From Narcine bancroftii (taxonomy: Eukaryota): a stretch of 64,000 bases of DNA. The notes under the pieces were generated by a model. It was not told where the DNA came from and did not search any database. It saw only the letters and a program-made list of their open reading frames with translations. Both the position numbers and the translations under genes were made by a program. Of this stretch, positions 1 to 12,714 are shown in pieces. The stretch lies in assembly GCF_036971445.1 (NCBI RefSeq), contig NC_091476.1, positions 75,640,001 through 75,704,000 of the forward strand. The letters are read 5' to 3'. Within the stretch, counting starts at the first letter, position 1, and each line of letters opens with the position of its first letter.

Positions 1-329
1 ACCCACAAACACCCATACTCTCTCTCATACACACTGCTTTACTTCTCAGGACTTTGTCTCCCTCCCTTCCCCATCACTTCCTTACCCCATCAGCTCCCCT
101 TTCCCTGATTCCATTCACTTTCCCCTCCATATCCCATTCTTTGTTTGCTCACTATCCCCCTCCTTCCACCACGAGCCCCCTTCCCCCTCCAAAACAACTG
201 TGGTCCTGAAGCACCCGCTATCACTGAATGCGCCCCCACCCCGACCTTCTGTAAATTCAACTGATGACCCTTAGTCAACCTGTACCTTCTGCCAACTCTC
301 CCTGCTTAGTCTCCCCTCCACCTTGGACC

Positions 330-625
330 CACGGGGAAACCTCTCCCCCACTGCCTCGATCCCTCAGAGTCTCAGGGAAACCTCTCTTATTCACCTCCAT
401 CCCTTGGAGACCTGGGGAAGCCTCTCCCCTACCCCTCGATGCCTCTGTCTCGGGGAAGCCTCTCTCTTTCTCCCTTGATGCCATGGAGTCTCATGGAGAC
501 CTCTCCCCTCCCCCTCGATGCCTCGAAGTCTCAGGGAAACCTCTCTTCTCCCTCTGAGACCCGTAGAAACCTCTCCCCTCCCATTAAATCCCTCGGAGTC
601 TCGGGGAAACCTCCCCTCCCCGTCT
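330..625. repeat. Degenerate ~40-bp tandem repeat (GGGAAACCTCTCCCC core)
   Basis: About 7 recurrences of gggaa(a/g)cctctc...ccc...gat. Confidence 0.7.
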
Positions 626-639
626 TGGATTCCCTGCAG

Positions 640-1268
640 GGCTGTATGAAGCACTCCAGCGTGACCAGGCCAGGGACCCATTCAGGGTGGAACACGACCA
701 TCCAGAGGTCAGCAGAGATTCCGGCCCCTGTTCCTGCGAAGTAACCAGGGCCTGGGACCTGGGCAGAAGGTTTGGTGTTTGTCGAGCACTCCACGGAGCT
801 CAGTATACCCACTGACCTCCTGCTCCCTCTTGGCCCAGCCAGCAGAAATTCTCCCTCAGCCCCACTACGCTGTCTCTCCCCTCCCCTTCTCTCCCCTCCA
901 CCCTCCCCCTTCAGGCCCCTCTCCCCTCCATCCCTCCCCTTCCCCTCCCTCTTCCTCACCCCACCTCTCCCACTCTCCAACCCCCCTCCCCCCTCCTTCT
1001 TACTCCACTCCCCCTCCCCCCCCCCCTCGCTGTGTTGCCTGAGTAGGGATTACAGTGGGGGAAATGAGACATCTCCACGTCCCTGATGGGAGCAGCGATC
1101 GGACCTGAGAGGCCGTGTTGTGTGGAGGGGCAAGGAGACTGTGGCACGGAGACTGTGGCACTGAGCCAGCCAAGGCTGTGGATGAAACAGGCTGTGCTGG
1201 CCCCCTGATGGACAAGGGGGCTCCTCGGGTGTTGCAGGAGCAGTGAGTGTGTGCTCCCCTTCAATAAA
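640..1268 (+). other. Candidate last two exons of an unidentified plus-strand gene
   Basis: ccctgcag acceptor, exon 640-707 (GLYEALQRDQARDPFRVEHDHPE), gtcagc donor; tag acceptor at 1045-1046 then GLQWGK*; AATAAA at 1263-1268. No homology recognised. Confidence 0.3.
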
Positions 1269-2402
1269 CTGGCTCGATACCTCTGCCTGCCTCCAATCTG
1301 CCTCTGACTGAATGTCTGCGCAGGGAGGGAATGGGGGGTGTTGGGAAAAAGAAAGGTGAGGAAATGGGGGCGGGGGAAGGAAGGGTTTAGAGTAGGGCAG
1401 AGGAAAGAAAGGGGGGAGTAAGAGGGGTGGAGAATGGGGGGAGGGAGATGCGGGTGAGGAATGAGGGGAGGAATTTGAGGGAGAGGGGGAATGTGAGGGG
1501 AGGGAGGTGGGGAAAGGGGTAGAGCGATGGGGTATGAGGGGGAGAGGTGAGGAATGTGAGGGGGAGGGAGGTGGGGAATGGGAGGGGGGTGGGGAATGAG
1601 GGGGGGTGGGGAATGAGGGGGAGAGCGGTGGGGAACGTGAGGGGAGGGAGGTGGGGAATGTGAAGGGGAGAGCGGTGGGGAACGATGTGAGGGGAGGGAG
1701 GTGGGGAATGTGTGGGGGGAGGGGTGGGTAATGAGGGGGAGCGAGGTGGGGATAGGGACAAAGGGAGGAGAAGGAGAATGAAGAGGGCATTGAAAGGTTG
1801 GGAATTGAGGGTCTTGGGGAGAGGGAGGTGGGGATGTGTGTGTTGATTCAGTACATTCTCCTGCCTGGGAGAGGGGAGGGAGACCACTGGTGAATCTAGA
1901 GAGAGGGTCTGGGTGAAACCTGCCCCTCGTAGATGAGTCACCTCCCCCAAGCCAGGAAAGTCTTGAACAACCCCCCCACCCCCCACCCCACACCCTGCAT
2001 TCATTTGAACTTCCTCCTGTTGTGCCCACGGTGATTTGTTGGCCATAGTGAACACTGAATTCATTCGGGTGGGAACATGAGTGGGAGGCACAGCCTGCAG
2101 AATCGGCTTTCGCTCACTGTAGGGGCTGCATTGGCTGCTCCCTGTGGTTTGAAAGCTGCCTGTTTGTGTGGGACCACGTCTCACCATGGAGGAGGTAGGG
2201 GTGGGGTGGTGAACCTCGTGGAAACGGCCTCTTCCTGGGAGTGGGGATTACCCCAGTGTGTGCAAAACAGTCTCAGTCTCCCGTGACCTTGCCTTCGAGG
2301 GAGGTGGATGGGCCAGTTGGCAGAGATTTTGACATGGCAGAAGCTATGTATGGATCCAGAAGAGATCTTCAGTTTTTTTGCAACAGTATTTACTCAGGTC
2401 AC

Positions 2403-2633
2403 TAGGGTGACACGGTTAGCAGAACAGTTTGTCCAACATTGTTACAGCGCCAGCAATCGGAACCAGGGTTTGAATTCCGTGCTGTCTGTAAGGAGCTTGT
2501 ACATTATCCCCATGTCTGTGTGGGTTTTCCTGTTTCCTCCCACCGTTCAAAACATACCAGGGATTGTAAGTCAATTGGCTGACACGGGCTCATGGGCCAA
2601 AAGGGCCTGTACCGGACTGAATTTAAATTTAAA
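2403..2633 (+). mobile_element. tRNA-derived SINE
   Basis: B-box-like gggtttgaattcc, body gtgggttttcc...ttcctccca, tail gggccaaaagggcctg; related copies at ~14905-15150, 27660-27870, 28345-28565, 51630-51770. Confidence 0.65.
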
Positions 2634-2639
2634 TAAGGA

Positions 2640-4180
2640 AAGCACGCAGTGAGGTCATGGAACCGACACAGATTAAAGAGGAGGATGTGCTCGCTATTTT
2701 AAAGAAAATCAGGACGGATGAATCCCCAGGGCTCGACAAGATATTCCCTTGGGCCTTGAGGGAGGCTGGTGTAGAAATTGCAGGGGCTCTGGCAGAAATA
2801 TTTAACATGTCTTTATCCATGGGTGTGGAGCCAGAGAATTGGAGGGTAGCTCACATTGTTCAAAAAAAAGGCTCAAAAGTAACCCTGGAAATGATAGGCC
2901 GGTGAACCTGACTTCAGTAGGAGGTAAAATACTGGAAGGTGTTCTCAGAGCTCAGTAATACAAATATTTGGACAGCCAGGGACCGACTAGGGATAGTCAA
3001 CATGGCTTTATGCATGGTAGGTCGTGTTTAACCAATCTTGGATAGTTTTTTGAGGGGGTTAAAGGGAAAGTTGACGAAGGAAAGGCTGTGGATATTGTCC
3101 ACATGGACTTTAGTAAGGCATTTGACAAGGTCCCACATGGGAGGTTAGTCAGGAAGGTGCAGACACTTGGTGAGGTAGTAAATTGGATTCGACATTGACT
3201 AGATGGGAGAAGCTTCCCAGAATGGAGGCCTGTGATGAGTGGTGCCTCAGGGATTGATGCTGGGACCATTGTTGTTTGTCATCTAGATCAATGATCTGGA
3301 TGATAATGTGGGAAATTGGATTTGTAAGTATGTGGATGATACTAAGCTGTGGACAGTGAAGAAGGTTTTCAAAGTTTGCAGGGGGATTTGGGGAAAAAGG
3401 GGCTGAAAAATGGTAGATGGAGTTTAATGCAGACAAGTGTGAGATGTTCCATTTTGGAAGGACAAACCATGAAAGGACGAACACGGTGAATGGTTGGGCA
3501 CTGAGGAGTGCAGTAGAACAGAGGGATCTGGGGATACAGATATAGAATTCCCTGAAAGTGGCGTCACAGGTGGACAGGGTTGTAGGGAGAGCTTTTGGCA
3601 CATTGGCCTTCATAAATCAAAGTATTGAGTACAGGAGCTAGGATGTTGTAAAATTGTATAAGACATTGGTGAGGCCAAATTTGGAGAATTGTGTGCAGTT
3701 TTGGTCACCGAACTACAGGAAAGATCTCAATAAGATAGAAAGAGGGCAGAGAAGATTTTCTGGAATGTTGCCTGGACTTCAGGAACTGAGTTACAGGGTA
3801 AGGTTAAACAGGTACGGTCTTTATTCCCTGGAGCGTAGAAGAATGAGGGGAGATTTGATCAAGGTATTTAAAATTGTGAGGGGGACAGACAGTAAAAGTA
3901 GGTAGGCTTTTCCTACTGAGAGTGAGTGAAATACAAACCAGAGGACATGGGTTAAGGGTGAAAGGGGAAAAGTTTAGGGGGAACGTGTTCGCATAGAGGA
4001 TGGTGGGAGTGTGGAATGAGGTGCCAGCTGAGGTAGTGAATGCGGTCTCAATTTTAACATTTAAGAAAAATTTGGACAGGTATATGGATTGAAGGGATAT
4101 GGAATGGGTGCAGATCAATGGGGCTAGACAGAATATAGAAGGGCCAAATGACCTGTTTTTGTGCTGTAATGTTCTAGGTC
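2640..4180 (+). mobile_element. CR1-clade LINE, decayed 5'-truncated ORF2 plus 3' tail
   Basis: [58 protein letters not shown] motifs broken by stops and frameshifts. Confidence 0.9.
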
Positions 4181-4214
4181 AAAGAGACCCAGGAGAGAGA
4201 AGACTGATCATAAA

Positions 4215-4478
4215 GCGATATTGAAGGGCGTCCAATCGGCAGAGACACGGAGGAATTTCTTCAGCGGGAGGGACGGTGAATCTGGAATTTGTTGCCACGG
4301 GAAGTCGTGGAGGCCGGGTCGTTGGGTGTATTAAAGGCAGAGATCGACAGGTCCTTGATTAGCCCCATCAAAGTTTATGGGGAAAAGGCTGGGTAGTGGG
4401 GATGAGTGGGGAAATGGATCAGCTCGTGATTAAATGACCGGGCAGACTCAATGGGCTGAACAGCCTATTTCTGCTTCT
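4215..4478 (+). mobile_element. CR1-family 3' end fragment (second subfamily)
   Basis: ggaatttcttcagc...ggtgaatctg...gggtgtattaaaggcagagatcgacagg; similar copies at ~15430-15690, 28640-28990, 29785-30060, 53475-53690. Confidence 0.75.
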
Positions 4479-4479
4479 G

Positions 4480-5400
4480 CAGGGCCCTCCGTAAGGTTTG
4501 GGACAAAGACACTTTTTTTCCCCCTGCGCTCCAGTTTTAAGTTTGTAATGAAGCAATTCATGTATTTAAAGTGCACAGTCCCGATTTTATTCAAGGTTGT
4601 TTCTAGAAATTCCAGCACTGTTTGTACGTTGTCCCCTCATTTCAAGGCACCATAACGTTTGGGACACTTGGCTTCACTTGTCTGTGAGAACTTAGGTATA
4701 TTTCAAAGCTGCATTGGCTCAGGTGGGTGAGAGCTGGGCTCTGCTTCAAAGCTTTTGATCACCTCTGTGGTCTGTAGTTGCCATTTTTCAACACGAGGAC
4801 CAGAGTTGGGCCAATGAAAGTCAAGGAAGCCGTTATGAGGCTGGAAAACAAGGGTTAAACAGTAAGAGACGTTGCCCAAACCTTTAGGATGACCAAAATC
4901 AGCTGTTTGGATTATCGTTAAGAGCGTCCTGGTGAGCTCAGTCATCACAAAGGGATTGGTCGGCCAAGGAAGACCCCCTTCCCCCCCCTCCCCCCCCCCC
5001 CCCCCCCACTGCTGATGGCAGAAGGATTCTCACCATCATGAGGGAAAATCTCCAATCGCTCATCTGACAGATCAGAAATGCTCTTCAGGAGGCAGGTGTG
5101 GACATGTCAACGACCACTGTCCGCAGAAGACTTCATAAACAGAAATAGTGGCTACACCGCGAGATGCAAAACCACAAGTTGGACACAGAAACAGATGGCC
5201 AGATTACAGTTTGCCAAGAAGTGTTTAAAGGACTTCAGAATTCTGAAAAAAAGGGTCTTGTGGACCGATGAGACCAAGATTAAGTGATGGCAAGAGCAAA
5301 GCGTGGAGGTGTAAAGGAACTGCCCAAGGTCCAAAGGACAGCACCTTTGCCTGAGTTTGCATCTGGCAGTGTAACCTCTGTATTCCTAAGGTAAGGTGGG
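4480..5400 (+). mobile_element. Tc1/mariner DNA transposon relic
   Basis: Fragmented transposase GYTARCK...ARLQFAKK...VLWTDETKI at 5078-5287; Tc1-like terminal sequence with repeated gtttgggaca. Confidence 0.75.
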
Positions 5401-5759
5401 GTGGGGGGGGGGGGCGCGAGGGGACAAAGATTCTGCTGCATTCAACCAGGAGGCCTGTCCTGGGCAAGGTTGTGCTCCAACCACGTGCTCACCTTCAGTC
5501 AACCACTGAAGAGGTAGAGGAGAGGGTTAGGAATGGTTTCCTTACTCAGATCTGGGTGACATTCCACAGGCGAGAGATCATTCCGAAAACAAATAGTTTG
5601 GGATTGGATGGTTCCATGGGCATCGTGGGGGAACGGCTTCATTTATTGTAGTCGTTTTCAACCTTTCTACTCATGTATCACTAAGTAATTCCTGACCAAC
5701 CACAGAACACCTCTGGTATCCGTGGTTAGAGAAGGTGGAAAAAATAAATATTAGGAGTG

Positions 5760-6025
5760 AATGGGATGGGGTCGGGACCATTGGGACTGGGGATGGGGTG
5801 AATGGGGGGGGTGGGACCAATGGGATTTGGGACAGGGTGAGTGGGAAGAGGTTGGGTCTATTGGGACTCGGGATGGGGTGAATAGGGGGGGTTGGGACTA
5901 TTGGGGACAGGGTGAATGGGAAAGGGTCAGGATCATTTGGACTAGATGAGTGGGAAGGGGTCTGGATCATTGGGACTGGGGACAGGGTGAATGGAGGGGG
6001 GCGGTGGTCGGGACCATTGGGATGG
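5760..6025. repeat. ~39-bp G-rich minisatellite
   Basis: Repeated ggaccattgggactggggacagggtgaat. Confidence 0.7.
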
Positions 6026-6659
6026 TGTACAAATAGAATGATATGCAAGACCGTTCAGAACAGACATGCAGGTCCCTGTGCAGGATGAGCATTAAGAGAA
6101 GCTCAGACTGAGAGGGAGACCCCCTTTGCTGGGACGGAGGCAGTGACGACATATTGCAGCATCCCATCAACATTCAACCACCCCTTGGGTTCCTTTCACC
6201 CCTGAGTGAAGCGATCTGGAAATCCCCTCTCTCCTCCACCATGACACTGCCCTGGTAAATTACTGGATGATGCAGGGTTTCTGGGACATGGGGGTGGGGA
6301 TGGACATGAATCCCACCTCAGTGGCCAGAGAATAATCTCGGGGTGGAATATTTGTTGACCGTTTCTCTCTGTCTCCTTTCCCAGGGCCAAGATCAACGGT
6401 CACCACTTTTCTTATCATATCCAATTAACACCTTCTGGACCCTTCCCCCTCCCATTCTTCCCCCCCCCAAAAAAAAACCATTAATTCTTCCATAAACACT
6501 GCTGGAGAAACTCAGCAGTGTCTTTTATGCAGCAATGTTCCAGGCTTGAGGCCTTCATCAAGGTGTGAGCAAAATGTCAGCAGGTGCCCAAATAAAATAG
6601 GTGGGGTGGGGGGAGAGGCCCCCGAGCTGGAAACCACGAGCACAAGATGGCGGCGGAGG

Positions 6660-7050
6660 CAAGAACTTCACCTGTACCCAGGGCATCGCGGGCAAAACCC
6701 TCCCTCTCTGCCGAGAATGGCTGCGGGGAACGCTGCCATCAGAGAGCAGCAAGGGCCCACCCCACCCAGCACACGCTCTGTCCTCACTGCTGCCGTCAGG
6801 AAAGAGGTCGAGGGGCCACAAGACTCGCACCAGCAGGTTCAGGAACAGCTGCTCCCCCTCCACCATCAGACTCCACAACGACAAACTCAATCAGAAACAC
6901 ATTGAAGATCTCTGACTTGTGCACGTTCTTTATCTGTTTACACATGGACCTTGTGGACAGGTTATTTCGCTCTGCCAATAAGTGGTAATTCTGCCTGGCC
7001 CACAGGAAAAAGAACCTCAGGGGTTGTATGTGACGTCACGTATGGGCTCT
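6660..7050 (+). mobile_element. Rex/Babar-like LINE 3' fragment
   Basis: HPAHALSSLLPSGKR...RTSRFRNS..PSTIRL C-terminal ORF2 motif plus 3' UTR also seen at 18010-18095 and 24979-25320. Confidence 0.7.
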
Positions 7051-8149
7051 GAATCTAAGTTGGGGCTTCTCAGCTGGAGAAACTAGTCAGGTCAAAGGGT
7101 CCTTTAAAGAGCAGAAGGAAAGGTACAGAGCCAGTGTTTCAGGCCTGAGCCCTTCACCAAGGTAAAGAACGCTGAGTTTCACAAGCGCAGTGTCGCCAGA
7201 CGTTCGTGTTTTTTGTCTTTAATTTGGATGCCTGCCTGCTGTTGGCTTGTACCTTGAGGAAGGGTTCAGGCCCGATACGTTTGTAATAATCTTCACCTCC
7301 TGTGGATACTGAGTCCAGCTCAGTGTGTTTATGGCAATCACAGTGTCTGCTTACTTTCGTGCTTCACCCCCAACACTGGCAGTCAGACGCCAGCCCTTGG
7401 CGAGATGTGTCCCATTTCTGGGGGCAGGGCGAACATTTCGAGTAGTGTTTCAAGTCACAGATTCTGGCCGTTCATCCCAACACCTCTGTGCTGACCATCC
7501 ACATTCTTCACATTCACCAGCCATCTCCCTCCCTCCCTTCACCACCTCCCCCTCCCTTCACCACCTCCCCCTCCCTTCACCACCTCCCCCTCACTTCACC
7601 CCCTCCCTCCACCACCTCCCCTCATGTCACCCCCTCCCTCTACCATTTCCCCTTCCACTCTCCCTCCCACCCTCTCACTGAGTCCTCTCTCTCCCTTCCC
7701 TCTTCCCCCCTCACCTCCACCACCCTCCCTTGCACCCACTGTCCCCTCCCCTGCACCCCACAGGGTTTTCCACCACACCCAGGGCAACCTTTCCCACTGG
7801 CCGCACTCCCAGTTGCAAGGTTCCCCACCTCGCTCTGCACCCCCCACCCTGGAGATTTGGGGAAGAGCCACTGTCCACTCCACTGCCTGGGACAGAAAGG
7901 GAGGGTGCCCACTGATGGCCCTGAGAAGGGGGGGGGGGGGCGTGAGTCCACAAGGGCTATCAGTGGGGCACCAGAATTCCACTTGGAGTCCAGAGGAGAG
8001 TTGGGTTTTATCCAAATGGCAGAAAAACTTTATTGAACCAGTACATTAACAAAGTGGTAGAGGGGGTGAGGGAGGGACAGGAGAGCACGAGGTGTGAGCT
8101 GGAGGGTGGGCAGGTGAAGTAAAGGAGGGAGGGTGGTGTGAATCCAGGC

Positions 8150-8769
8150 TTACAGCAGATATAAAACTATGTACAAACCATCGCCAGGGGTCGGGATGGG
8201 GAGACCCTCTCCTCTGGCGTGGAAGCTGGATACGGCATTCCCTGGTTCAGGGCTGGTGCAGTGGGGAAGGGCGAAGATGAGGAGGAGGGGTGGGGTGGGA
8301 GCAGGAAGGGTGAGGAGGGGCTGGTGGGGAAGGGATGAGAGGAGGGAAGGGGATGGCGGGTTGGGGAAGGGGGCAAAAAATGGAGGACGAAGGGATGGAA
8401 GGGGAAGGGGCACGGAGAGGAAGGGTATGGAGGGGTCTCTGCTCACCTGGCTGGGATGGTGGGTGATCAGAAGGAATCCACTGGGGGTGAGGGGGGCAGA
8501 CCCCGGACCCACCCCCACCCCTGGACCCTGCAGAGGGGCTTCAAACCCATAGGGAGAGGGGAGACGGATGGGGTGCTCCTCCCGCCCCTGCCCCCCAGTC
8601 CCGGCTAGGGGTGGGTCGGGCGGGTGGACAGTGAGAGTTCCGTGGGACAGTAGGGGTCCGGCCGCTCCGATCCCTGGCGGACGGTGGGGGTCCGGTGCCA
8701 TCTGATCCCTGGTGGTCAGTTGGCCAAGCCTGTGCCTGGACTGTTTTCCAAGACCTGGCTGCTCTGCTC
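8150..8769 (-). CDS. Putative terminal exon of LBH-domain gene (Pro-rich low-complexity tail)
   Basis: caacag acceptor in phase 1 matches donor at 9490; frame open to TAA at 8150-8152; minus-strand AATAAA at 8029-8034. Confidence 0.45.
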
Positions 8770-9489
8770 CTGTTGTCAGGGACACACAGTCGGGAATGGG
8801 AGGTCTGCCCTGCAGCCCGGGTTCCTGGCACCACCCCCACTCCCACCCTCCCTATCCTCCTCTCCCCTCCCTCTCCCTCAGCCTCCCACTCCCACCCTCC
8901 CTATCCTCCTCCCCATCCCCCTTCCCCTACCCCCTCCTCTCCATCCCTCTCCCCCCATTCTCACCCTCCCCTATCCTCCTCCCCATCCCCTACCCCCTCC
9001 TCATCCCTCTCCCTCACTCCCACCCTTTCTCACCCTCCTCATCCCCTCCTCCCTCACCATCCCTCTCTACCCCACCCACCCTCCCTATCCTCTTCCCTAT
9101 CCCCTCCCTCACTCCCACCCTCCCTATTCCCCATCCCCCTCCTCTCTCCATCCTCCCCTCCCTCCACTCCCACCCTTTCTCACCCTCCCTATCGAACTCC
9201 TCCTCCACCATCTTCCTTCCCCTTCCCCTCCTCTCTCTCTCTCCCTCACTCTCACTCTCATCCCCTCCTCTCCCCTCCTTCCTCACCATCCCTCTCTACC
9301 CCACTCCCACCCTACCTATTCCCCCATCTCCCTCCTCTCTCCATCCTTCCCCTCCCCCCCACTCCCACCCTTTCTCACACTCCCTATCAAACCTACTCCA
9401 CCATCTTCCTTCCCCATCCTTCTCCCTCTCCCCCTCCTTCAATGCCCCACTTCCTTTCCCTCATGTCTGCCCCCCTGCCCCGCACCTAC

Positions 9490-9676
9490 CAGCCTCACTC
9501 TGTCCTCGTTCCTCAGGGGGGGTCTGCGGCCCCTCTGCCTTCTGCTCAGCTACGATGTCCTCGGGGGGCCAACGGAGCTCCCCACTCTCCACCTCGCTGA
9601 CGGCCGTCGGCTCCACCACGATTGACGGGAGATGGATCCCCGGTTTGCACTGACCCTCGCAGGGGTCAGGAAAGAT
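9490..9676 (-). CDS. LBHD1: LBH-domain protein exon (LBHD1-like)
   Basis: IFPDP...LPSIVVEPTAVSEVESGELRWPPE matches the LBH signature (IFPDP...LPSIVVEPTEGEVESGELRWPPE); gccag acceptor, gtaggt donor. Paralogue assigned from adjacency to UQCC3. Confidence 0.85.
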
Positions 9677-10304
9677 CTGGCACAGGGAGGAAAAAGGAGA
9701 GGGGGAGAGGGAGAAGGAGAAAAAAGGAGAGGGAATGGATGGAAGAGTGTGGAGAGGTGGAGGGGAGAGGGAAGGAGGGGGGGAATGGGAGAGGAAGAGG
9801 GGGAAAGGGAGGAGGAGGGAGAGAGGTGGAGAGGGAAAAAGAGGGAAGGGAAATGGAGGAAAAAAGAAAAGGAGGGAGAGAAAAAAGGGATGGAGAAGGA
9901 GAGAAAGGGATAGAGAGAAGGATGGGGAGGGAGAGAAAGAAGAATGGGGTGGAAAGGAAAGAGAGAGGGTGGAAAGGAGTGATTGGAAGGGATGGGGAGG
10001 GGACAATGAGGGTGAGGGGTGAGAGAGGGGGCAAGGGATGGTGCAGTGGAGGGGGGGGGGGACAGGGAAAGCTTCATTGACACCTCTTCCACTTGAATCT
10101 GCTCCCAGCTAAAGCCGCCCCTGAATCCACCTGGCCCAGCGTCCCCTCCTCTTTCCACCACTTTGGCTTCGCTGCCTCCCCCCAATCACTCCACACTCAG
10201 AAGATGTGCCAGGACGTGAGGCTGCGGCAGGATGGTGGCCACTACTGAGTCCATGCGGCCCACTGTTCCTGCCCTGTGTTTGCCCCTTCCCGAGGTGAGG
10301 GAAA

Positions 10305-10895
10305 AGATCAGAAGAAATAGGAGCAGGAGTCAGCTGTTTGGACTGTCGAGCCTGCTCCCCCATTCAATGAGATGGTGGCTGATCAGATGATGGGCTCATC
10401 TCCACCAACCTGCCTTTTCCCCATGTCCCTTAATTCCCCGACAATATAGAAATCTACCCAACCTGGTCTTAAATCTATTTACTGAGGTCGCGGCCACTAC
10501 TTTAATGGGCAACGAATTCCACAGATTCCTCACCCTCTAGGAAAAGCAGTTCCTCCTCATCTCCATCCTAAATCTACTCCCTTGGATTTTGAGGCGATGT
10601 CCCCTCGTTCTGGTCTCCCCCACCCATAGGAAAAACTTACTCTGATCTAAATATTTCAGAAATTTATAAGATCCTCTCTCGTTCTTCTAAATCCCAGCGA
10701 ATATAGTCCCAGATGACTCAATTTCTCCTCATAGACTGACCTCCTCATCCCTGGAATCAACCTGGTGAACCTCCTCTGCACTGTCTCTAAAGCCCGTCCA
10801 TCCTTCCTCGAGTAAGGAGACCAGATCTGCAGGCAGTTCTCCAGATGCGGCCTCACCAGAATCTTGTCCAGTGGCAGCAGAACCTCCCTGCTCCG
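10305..10895 (-). mobile_element. CR1 LINE 3' fragment
   Basis: LVRPHLENCLQIWSPY...VQRRFTRLIPGM on the minus strand; related copy at 26890-27600. Confidence 0.85.
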
Positions 10896-11514
10896 TGGGA
10901 CTTGGCTCGAGAACGGGGCCGCGATTATGGATGGAGAAAAGGACCTGCCGCTCTCACAGTGCCCAAAACCCCTGGCTGTCACAGGAGGAGCCCATCCAGC
11001 CAGAGACCCTATCCCCAGGGGAGGTGGGACGGTGAGGAAAGCAGACACCCACCCCCACCACCCCGAGTGAGTTTGCCAGGTTCCTGACCAATGCGGCCCC
11101 ACCACGCATTGAAGTAAAGCATTACAGTCTGCAGACCCCCACCTCATCCGGACTGTCCTCCCCAATTGACACCAGGCCCCCCTCTGCCCAACAAGAGTTC
11201 AACCCCCACTTCAGACCACCCCCACCTTTGTCCAGACCATGCTCCCTGTCCAGACTGCCCTCCCCTCAAGATCGGACCATGCCTCCACTCCAGACTATCC
11301 CTGTCCAGAGTGGACCCTCCTCCCCCATCTTGTCCAGACTGTCCCCCCTTCACAATGACTCTTCTGACCCCTTTGTGGTCTCCTCTCTCTTCCCCACTGA
11401 CCCCTCCAACCCCGAGACCCCCTACCCAATAACCGATGACCCCACTGAATCCCTTGGCCCCCTCACCATGCTCCCTGCACCCCCTCCCCCCTCCAAGTCT
11501 GGCCTTACTGCTAC

Positions 11515-11598
11515 CTGGAAGGGCAGCCCGTTGTCATCTGGTTTAAGGCCCAAATCTTCAGCTGCAGCGTTACAGCTACCAACGATCATGTCCGTCAT
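11515..11598 (-). CDS. LBHD1: LBH-domain protein, start-codon exon (exon spans 11515-11622)
   Basis: MTDMIVGSCNAAAEDLGLKPDDNGLPFQ resembles LBH MTEVMMN...EEIGLSPRKDGLSYQ; ccctccag acceptor, phase-0 GT donor joins to IFPDP. Confidence 0.8.
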
Positions 11599-11989
11599 GT
11601 CTCGGTCCGTCCGCACCACTGCCTGGAGGGAGGGGACGGAGGCTGGTCAGTGGGAGAAAGCCACCAGAACTGCCCTGGGCTATCAGATACCTAAAGGCAT
11701 CAACAAAAGTGTCTACCCCCAAACTCAGGAAGGCCATGAACATTGATCATCAGCAGGTCTCCGGGAGAGACAGCCCCAATGCAGGAAGAATCACTGAATG
11801 TGTCCACACGGAAATGCTGAAGGATAACATGGATCCCACCTTCCAAGGGTTGGACAAGCCCAAGCCCAACTATGGTTGCTGGCATCTCGAAATGGATCAG
11901 GTATAAAAGGAGGGAGTCCTGGAACTTAAGTCAGGGTTGTCAATGTTAGACTGGAAATTGGAGAAAACAGGTTTTCAGAGATAGAGAGG

Positions 11990-12380
11990 GGAGAGGGGAC
12001 CGGAGGGGGTTACAGAGAAAGGGAGAGGTTTAGGGGAACGCAGGAGGTTACAGAGACAGAGAGGGGTGTTGGCAAAGAGAGAGGGTTACAGAGACAGAGA
12101 GGAGTGTAGGGGACCGGAGTGGGTCACAGAGACAGGGAAGGGTGTAGGGGACCAGAGGGCGTTACAGAGACAGAGAGGGGTGTAGGGGACCAGAGAGGAT
12201 CACAGAGACAGGGAGGGGTGTAGGGGACCAGAGTGGGTTTACAAAGACAGGGAGGGGTGGAGGGGATTGGGAAGGAAGGTTACAGAGACAGGGATGGGAA
12301 TAGGGGTCTGGAGGGGGTTACAGAGACAGGGAGGGGTGTAGGGGCTGGGGAAGGGTGAGGTTTACAGAGACAGGGAGGAT
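11990..12380. repeat. ~38-bp minisatellite (ggggttacagagacagggaggggtgtaggggaccggag)
   Basis: About 10 tandem units; same family as 60050-60730. Confidence 0.85.
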
Positions 12381-12469
12381 ATCGTCTAGCAGGGGAGTTG
12401 AATGGGGCAGTCACTGGAATGAAGCATGCAGAGAACAATGGCTGCCCTGACCTACACAACACGACTCAC

Positions 12470-12681
12470 CTGCTGACGCTTGGTGTCAGTGGGGCCAGGG
12501 GGAGAGTGCATACAAAAGGGAAGCTCACGCTGTCCCAGCCGATGTTCTTCAGGCAGGGCCTGTGGACGATGAGGGTTTGCACCAGCCCAAGGAGGGTGAA
12601 GCAGCGGGGGCTGGAATGGAGTTCGTGTTCAGCAAACACTAGCCTGATGTTAATCTTCACAAACAGGAAGCGATCTGTCAG
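12470..12681 (-). other. Candidate upstream exon of the LBH-domain gene
   Basis: Strong acceptor (ctttgcag), donors at 12470 (gtgagt) and 12529 (gtgagc), one open GC3-rich frame LTDRFLFVKINIRL... Confidence 0.4.
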
Positions 12682-12714
12682 CTGCAAAGTGTGGTGAGAA
12701 TGGCTCAGGCGCTG

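Noticed and set aside
956-2187. Long Pro/His/Ser-rich ORFs (also 8684-9653, 16502-17252, 25907-26939, 55708-56949, 57286-59779)
   Set aside because: They arise from low-complexity or tandem repeats that lack stop codons in several frames at once; no domain content.
12480-12615. Resemblance of SPRCFTLLGLVQTLIVHRPCLK to the IRF7 association domain (SPRYTIYLGFGQDLSAGRPKEK)
   Set aside because: Short by-eye match, exon boundaries do not fit IRF genes, and no IRF DNA-binding exon was found.
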